NCBI RefSeq assembly: GCF_001194135.2
Contig: NC_068981.1
Coordinates: forward strand, 149,615,108 to 149,679,107
Origin: Octopus bimaculoides
Lineage: Eukaryota
DNA length: 64,000 nucleotides
Reading direction: 5' to 3'
Part shown: positions 58,297 through 64,000 of the stretch, one piece after another
Layout of the letters: each line of letters starts with the position of its first letter
Numbering within the stretch: position 1 is the first letter of the stretch
Notes under the pieces: model-generated
Told to the model about the DNA's origin: nothing
Database searches by the model: none
Seen by the model: only the letters and a program-made list of their open reading frames with translations
Made by a program: the position numbers and the translations under genes

Positions 58297-58467
58297 GAAA
58301 GACAATGTGGTTTCAGAGCCAATAGAGGCACAACAGATATGGTTTTTGTTCTCAAGCAGGTCCAAGAGAATTGCCGGGTGCAAAGGAAACCACTTTATGT
58401 AGCATTAGTCATTCTGATGAAAGCTTTCGACACTGTGAGCAGGAAAAGTCTGTGGCAGATCCTAACC
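58297..58467 (+). mobile_element. Inverted 5' segment of the same RTE element (upstream RT motifs)
   Basis: RQCGFRANRGTTDMVFVLKQVQENCRVQRKPLYVALVILMKAFDTVSRKSLWQIL on the opposite strand, abutting the minus-strand body. Confidence 0.85.
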
Positions 58468-59298
58468 AATATATTATATATGTATGTGTGTGTGTGTGTG
58501 TGTGTATGTGTGTGTGTGTGTATGCATGTATGTATGTATGTATGTATTTGCACGCATATATACCTATATGTATGTATATATGTATAGGCCAACTTTTATC
58601 ACACAGTTCTCACCTGAATTTATGGAATATATGAAAACTGGTAATTGACGATATAACTGTTTATTCTCTTAATTTAGCAATACAATGTCATATTATGGAT
58701 TAGTTGGTGTTGGTTTTTGAAAAAAAATTATTTAATCTAATATATTCCGAATACATATTTAGCTACAGAGTGTAGGGACTACATTACATGAAATATATTT
58801 TCCCTGTGGTTCCTTTTAAGGAAGTGCTTTATTACCTGCGAGAATTCGATTTTGAGGTTATAGAGATATTAATTACGTTACTTCCTATAAACTTATAATT
58901 TTGCTATAATAGAAGATGACAGCAACCACTTAGGATCATTTAACACAATTAGTGTTTATTTCTATGTTTAAGGGAATATACATATTCTATGAAGAAAATT
59001 GATAATTTTTGTTCTTAAACTGGGTGTATGTCAACGCATAGTTATACTTACATTTGAATGTTAAACGCTGACCATTTTGATATATAGGTGTTCTATTCTT
59101 ATGTTATATATGTTGTATTCAGACTCAGTATAAATCTACGGTGCTTTAAAATTGCTCTAAAACAGATATAGAATTCTTAATATGAAATAAACTCAAACAT
59201 TTTGAGAAACTAGCATTTGCTACTCTAAAATATATAAGAAAGGTCAAAAACCTACTAAAGAGATTATATTTATATATATTCTTTGTAAGTATATACAT

Positions 59299-59379
<81 letters not shown>

Positions 59380-60754
59380 CGAATCTTATTCTTTGATATG
59401 CTATTTACAGTAATTTTAATGCCAGTGGCTTTCTTGTTGAAATTTAGTGTATATATAATTCGACAGGAGGCTTTTATTTTATTTAGGGTTCTAAAATAAG
59501 ACAAATACAAAGTTTTCCAAAAATTATTCCATTAGATAGTTGTTCGGTTTTTCATTTTCTGTTTAAACTTCATTACCAATTATTTGTCGTGTTAATGTTT
59601 CTGCATAAATATTACTTGTGATTGGTAATATACATTTATGTGAAAAATAAAGCTGCCAAATGCATATATAAATATTTCCAATGACTGATATATAATTCCT
59701 GGTGTAAATGGATTTGTGAATAGGAATACACATGTAACTTAAATTAAGGGAGATGTTTATTATTACTAATAGGTGATACGTCATAAACATACGAATACAC
59801 TTATGTCATGTTTCACATTAATGTTTGTCTTCGATTTTTCTCTCGAGGAGAGGGTAAACTGCTACTGAGATAGCTAATTGTTAACAGAGTTTAAATAGAT
59901 ACGTGTAGGAATGAAATGAAAATTTCTTGAATTCTGCAGACACATTTATGATAGCAGCCTGTTAAACGTGTGAAATGAGATTTAAAATATATATATATAT
60001 CAGTTATTCATAAACCTTATACTACATGTGATTATATACTGCGCGAAATTCTAATAAAAATATAGTAACCATAAAACCGATAGATAATACATAGTACATT
60101 GTTGTAAGCTTAAGTTAGCAGTTAATAAAACAGATTTGAAGCTATAGCATGGAAAAACACGATGCTTTTCAAGTGATTATGATAATGAAGATAGAATCCA
60201 AGTGTTAAAGGAATGCCTGATTTTTGATACGAGTTACATCTCTTAGAAAGGGACTGAGCCCAAAAAGATGAATGTGTATCTGTCTTTCACAGAAGCCACG
60301 TATATTTTATCTAATACAAAATCTTCCAGAGAATATACTCAAATAAACCGAAAATTCAGTAACCACTTTACGTTGCTATTTCACTCATATAACCTATATA
60401 AGCTCAATATTGAAGACCTTATATTGAATAAGAATAATTTCATTTGCTTCGATTGAAATGTGCATAAACAAATTGCCTAACAATGACACTCGATTATTGT
60501 ATTTCTATATTTGTTACCATGAGCAAACATCACCTACAGTGTTGTGAATGTTGCTTTCAGACAATGCTTACATTGTGTGCATCTAAGATTTGTTATTTGC
60601 TTCACTTTTAGTATTTGCTCATTTTGTAATGCAAAGAGATACACATTCTGTCAACTGTATTTCTACTGTCAAAGTATCTGCTCATGTTTTAAATTCGACT
60701 ATAGGATGTTAAACAAATTTTAGATAATTTTCCATAATGTTCTTGCTGATGTTG

Positions 60755-60760
60755 TTGTTG

Positions 60761-60833
<73 letters not shown>
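60755..60833. repeat. (TTG)/(TTA)n tract forming the tail of the adjacent LINE fragment
   Basis: Directly visible. Confidence 0.9.
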
Positions 60834-60835
60834 CA

Positions 60836-61052
60836 TTCAGTAGTTTTAATTTTTATAGCGTGCTTTCACTTCACTACCGAGTGCAGCTCTGTGTGCCTTG
60901 TGTATGTGCTGTGGTTTGCTGTGATGTTCTTATGGTTACTGTATTGAAAGTGTTTTGCGTAGGATGTGTGCAGTGTCCAGTAGTGTAATTTTCTGTATGT
61001 TATATATATATGGAAGTCCTAGTGTTTTTGTTATGTATTTGTCTGAATTTGA
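60836..61052 (-). mobile_element. 3' end of an R4/Dong-like LINE, family A (second copy)
   Basis: SDKYITKTLGLPYIYNIQKITLLDTAHILRKTLSIQ* plus a 3' UTR about 90% identical to 37541-37740, ending in (AAT)n. Confidence 0.82.
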
Positions 61053-61489
61053 TTGAATTTTCCGGTGGAATGCCTTTTCTGAGTTGAGGCCCCAAATTAT
61101 TGCTATGGCATGCTTTCTCATTTGCATGTTTTGAAGCACCGAGATTACATACTGGGTTAATACCCTCATCCTGTATTGTTATAACATTTCCTTACTTGAT
61201 TTTTGCATTTCTGTAATCTTGCGCGCGTCAAAATATTTGTAACCTATTTGTATTTTCTACTTCCCTGGCTATGAATATTACATTAGTTTCTATATTATTT
61301 TGCTTAGCCGCTGGTAAAACAGTTATTATTTTATAGGTTGTTGGTTTAGCTTAGAGTGAAATTTTTGTGTTTTTGTTTAACAAAATTGCTGTCGTTATTT
61401 ATATGACGACGGATTATATGATTTACTAATTTAGTGGAAGTGATTTTAGTTACATTTTTGTTGTTATTTTTTTTATACTATTGTAATTA

Positions 61490-62922
61490 CACTGGTCAAC
61501 ACGATTTTTGGTGCCAAGAAACAAAACACGTCTTTTAGCTAATTTGATGGTGCTGATTCCAAAAATGACCTTAGTATTTCGTGGTTAGCTACCGTTTTAC
61601 TTTACTGAAACTGCACATTTTTGTAAAATAGATCAATTTACGATCTTGGCCGATCGCGAAATTTAGTTAAAAAAGGTAGTAGAAACGCATGAATTTTCAG
61701 GCCGATCAGTTTATGTCAGCCACCTGAAATAAACTATTTTTATAAGAATAGAAGTGTTTCTGAGTCAAAACATTTAAAATAGAAGTGCCGATCTTTTCCA
61801 ATTTATTGCCAAAATTTTAATTAACTGATAAACTTTATCAGTAATACACTTTAGTAAACCTGATAATTAAGGTGACATCGAAACAATGAAGCCCTAAAAT
61901 CTTCTGTTTGATATTTATAAATTCATCCCATCACTTTTATCCCTTCAATATGGAAGGAAACCAAGCACATTAAGAGCTTTTGTTTTCACAATTAGAAAAA
62001 AAAAACTCCAACTAAAACATCCTAATTGAATGCAGCTAATCAGTTGCACACGATGAACACCATGAAAATGGTTTCACCATAACATCTGCTCTCCACCCGG
62101 GATTACGAAGATACAGAGCAGAATCAGTGTAACGACTCTTTCTGTCTTTTGTTATTGACAGTTTTACGAGTTTTTCCGTAGGACATTGGGAAAGATCAAA
62201 TTACCTAAATGTGAACACGCAAAGTATAACCAACTCATGTTCTTTCTTAATCATAGAGATAGATATCAAATGACATGGCTTCAACGAGAGGATTCAAAAA
62301 TGATCCCAACTTATTTTGGTATACATGCGGCGAGTTCACAGCGAAAGCCAACAGGAAACCGATATCTGACTTTTACAAGAAAGCCTATCGTGCTTACCTT
62401 TACGTCGAGCTTGGTAATCAGTACAAATCATGGTAACTCACATTGTTTCCAATACATGTTTGGAACACATGAGACAGTAGACTTCAGGTACCCGAAATTT
62501 GCTGAGATTCGCTATTCCTATGATCTGGCGTGAGCCAAAGAATCACTCTGACGAATGTTACTTCTGCTCAGTCAGTGTAGCGGGACTGACTATCGACTAT
62601 GCCAGTCTTCATTCCGCTATTCGACCAGTGCCGCATTCAGATGATTTGCCAAACCCAGTTTTTTCAGGAAAATGTGTTGAAACTTGTTGAAAGTGACGAG
62701 TCTGATACTGATGTAAATGAGAGACACAGCAAAAACGATCCTATGAGCTGAATGATTTGGTTCGAGACTTAAATCTAAGCAAAGAATCAGCAGAGCTTAT
62801 TAGCAAAAAGCACAAAGGTTACATTCTATCAGAATAGAGATGCTGCATTTCTACCATTCTTTAATGAGAACACGGATCGTGTTCATTGCAATGACGTTGA
62901 GAGCGTTCTTCTTCGACTAGGC
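61490..62922 (+). mobile_element. Chapaev3-like (CMC superfamily) transposon, 5' half, decayed
   Basis: TTA|CACTGGTCAACACG terminus (TWA target, CAC end). Translation NDPNLFWYTCGEFT...YKKAYRAY...LGNQYKSW, LRFAIPMIWREPKNHSDECYFC...SAIRPVPHSDDLP, LNDLVRDLNLSKESAEL. Family assignment from recalled motifs. Confidence 0.72.
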
Positions 62923-63329
62923 GTTTTTCTTGTTGATTTCATAACACATTGAGAAACTGTTTATTTCCATGCTTGTTTGCTGCACTTTCTCTTTGTGTTT
63001 GTATGTTCATACAGAAATTTTCAGGATGTCCTCAATTTTCGAACATGGCCACTGAGATTTCGGCATACAGATTATTTGTCATATTTTGTTGAAACTGTAG
63101 TCTGCACCTTTTTTCAGTAGGTCTACTATGATATAGTTTGCATGTTTAAGTATTGATACAATTTTTTCGATCATGATTACATGGGAATATCGCTCATTGA
63201 TATGAATTTTTAAATATTTTAATTCGTTTTATCCTATGTAAACATCTCTAAAAATAATAGTTCTCTTCCGCTCACCAAAGTTAATTCGCAAACGGATAAC
63301 CGTTTACGAAACCTAAGTGTTGCAAGCAA

Positions 63330-63392
63330 AACCTTAATGACGGTGCTCCAGCATGTCCACAGCCGTTTCACTTAAACCAGTAAAAGCTTAGT
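63330..63392 (+). mobile_element. 3'-terminal fragment of the octopus-type SINE
   Basis: GACGGTGCTCCAGCATGTCCACAG...AAACCAGTAAAAG, similar to 1019-1064. Confidence 0.6.
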
Positions 63393-64000
63393 CTTCATGG
63401 ATTCATTGCCAATTCAGCTATGGTCATAGTTTTGTTGATGCCATTCTACTTCGATTTTCTTTTAGTTTATATTTTGTAGAGTACTGTGATTTGAATTTTC
63501 TTGTTTCAGTACTTGTTTTACTCTGAATATTCTGGCGGTTACATTCCAGTTTTACGTTGTAGACCTTTATTGTTTTTATGGTTTGATTTTCCTCATCCGT
63601 TAATTTGGTGCTTGACTGTTATTTGTTTATATATTTTATTATGTATTCTTACATTTTGTTGCAAAATTTTCACACGCATCTAATATCGAATCAATGAGAA
63701 CGAGATATTAGTATCCATATCAACTCATTTGTATTCTATATGTTAGCGAAGATATGGCATATTTTATAACTAGATAAGGTATTAAAAATCTTACACATAG
63801 CCATATATGTTTAAAGCTTTATAAGACTCACTGATATATATAAATTTTGCAAATATTATCTATCTTTCCTCTATCAATCAGTCTATGAATCAATATTTCT
63901 TTATAAGTATATGCCATGAGTCATTCTTCCAATTTTTTTTTCGAATGTGTGTACGTCCATTAGTGTGTATAATGTAAAGTAGACATAGGATAGTACGTTT

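Noticed and set aside
1-64000. CRISPR arrays, operons or other prokaryotic systems
   Set aside because: The sequence is eukaryotic and repeat-rich; no constant-repeat/unique-spacer arrays or intact gene clusters were seen.

Overview
This is AT-rich, repeat-dominated eukaryotic DNA with 12 N-gaps, most bordered by (TA)n. The SINE families and microsatellite content point to an octopus genome (inference). No intact long protein-coding ORF is present. The window holds decayed Penelope-like elements (PLEs), R4/Dong and RTE LINEs, mariner, maT (DD37D), pogo-like, hAT and Chapaev3 DNA-transposon remnants, several tRNA-derived SINEs, a 5S rRNA pseudogene and many microsatellites. Short, phase-compatible exon candidates on the + strand (about 24.9-40.5 kb) suggest the window is largely intronic to an unidentified gene (low-moderate confidence). 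The main signal is a set of hammerhead-ribozyme (HHR) motifs. Two occur as intact inverted pairs in ORF-less elements: (i) a tRNA-headed SINE-like element at 13455-13860 with an HHR tail, a perfect 106-bp inverted tail copy and a 14-bp target-site duplication; (ii) a retrozyme-like element at 54901-55844 with 95-bp direct repeats, a 338-bp inverted arm and a canonical type I HHR. Further HHRs sit in PLE 3' ends (12.1, 43.3, 43.6/44.2 kb). The same 'body plus 5'-inverted HHR tail' layout recurs three times, suggesting Penelope-mobilised, ribozyme-bearing non-autonomous elements including a Pol III SINE. All folds and alignments were done by eye and no activity has been tested.
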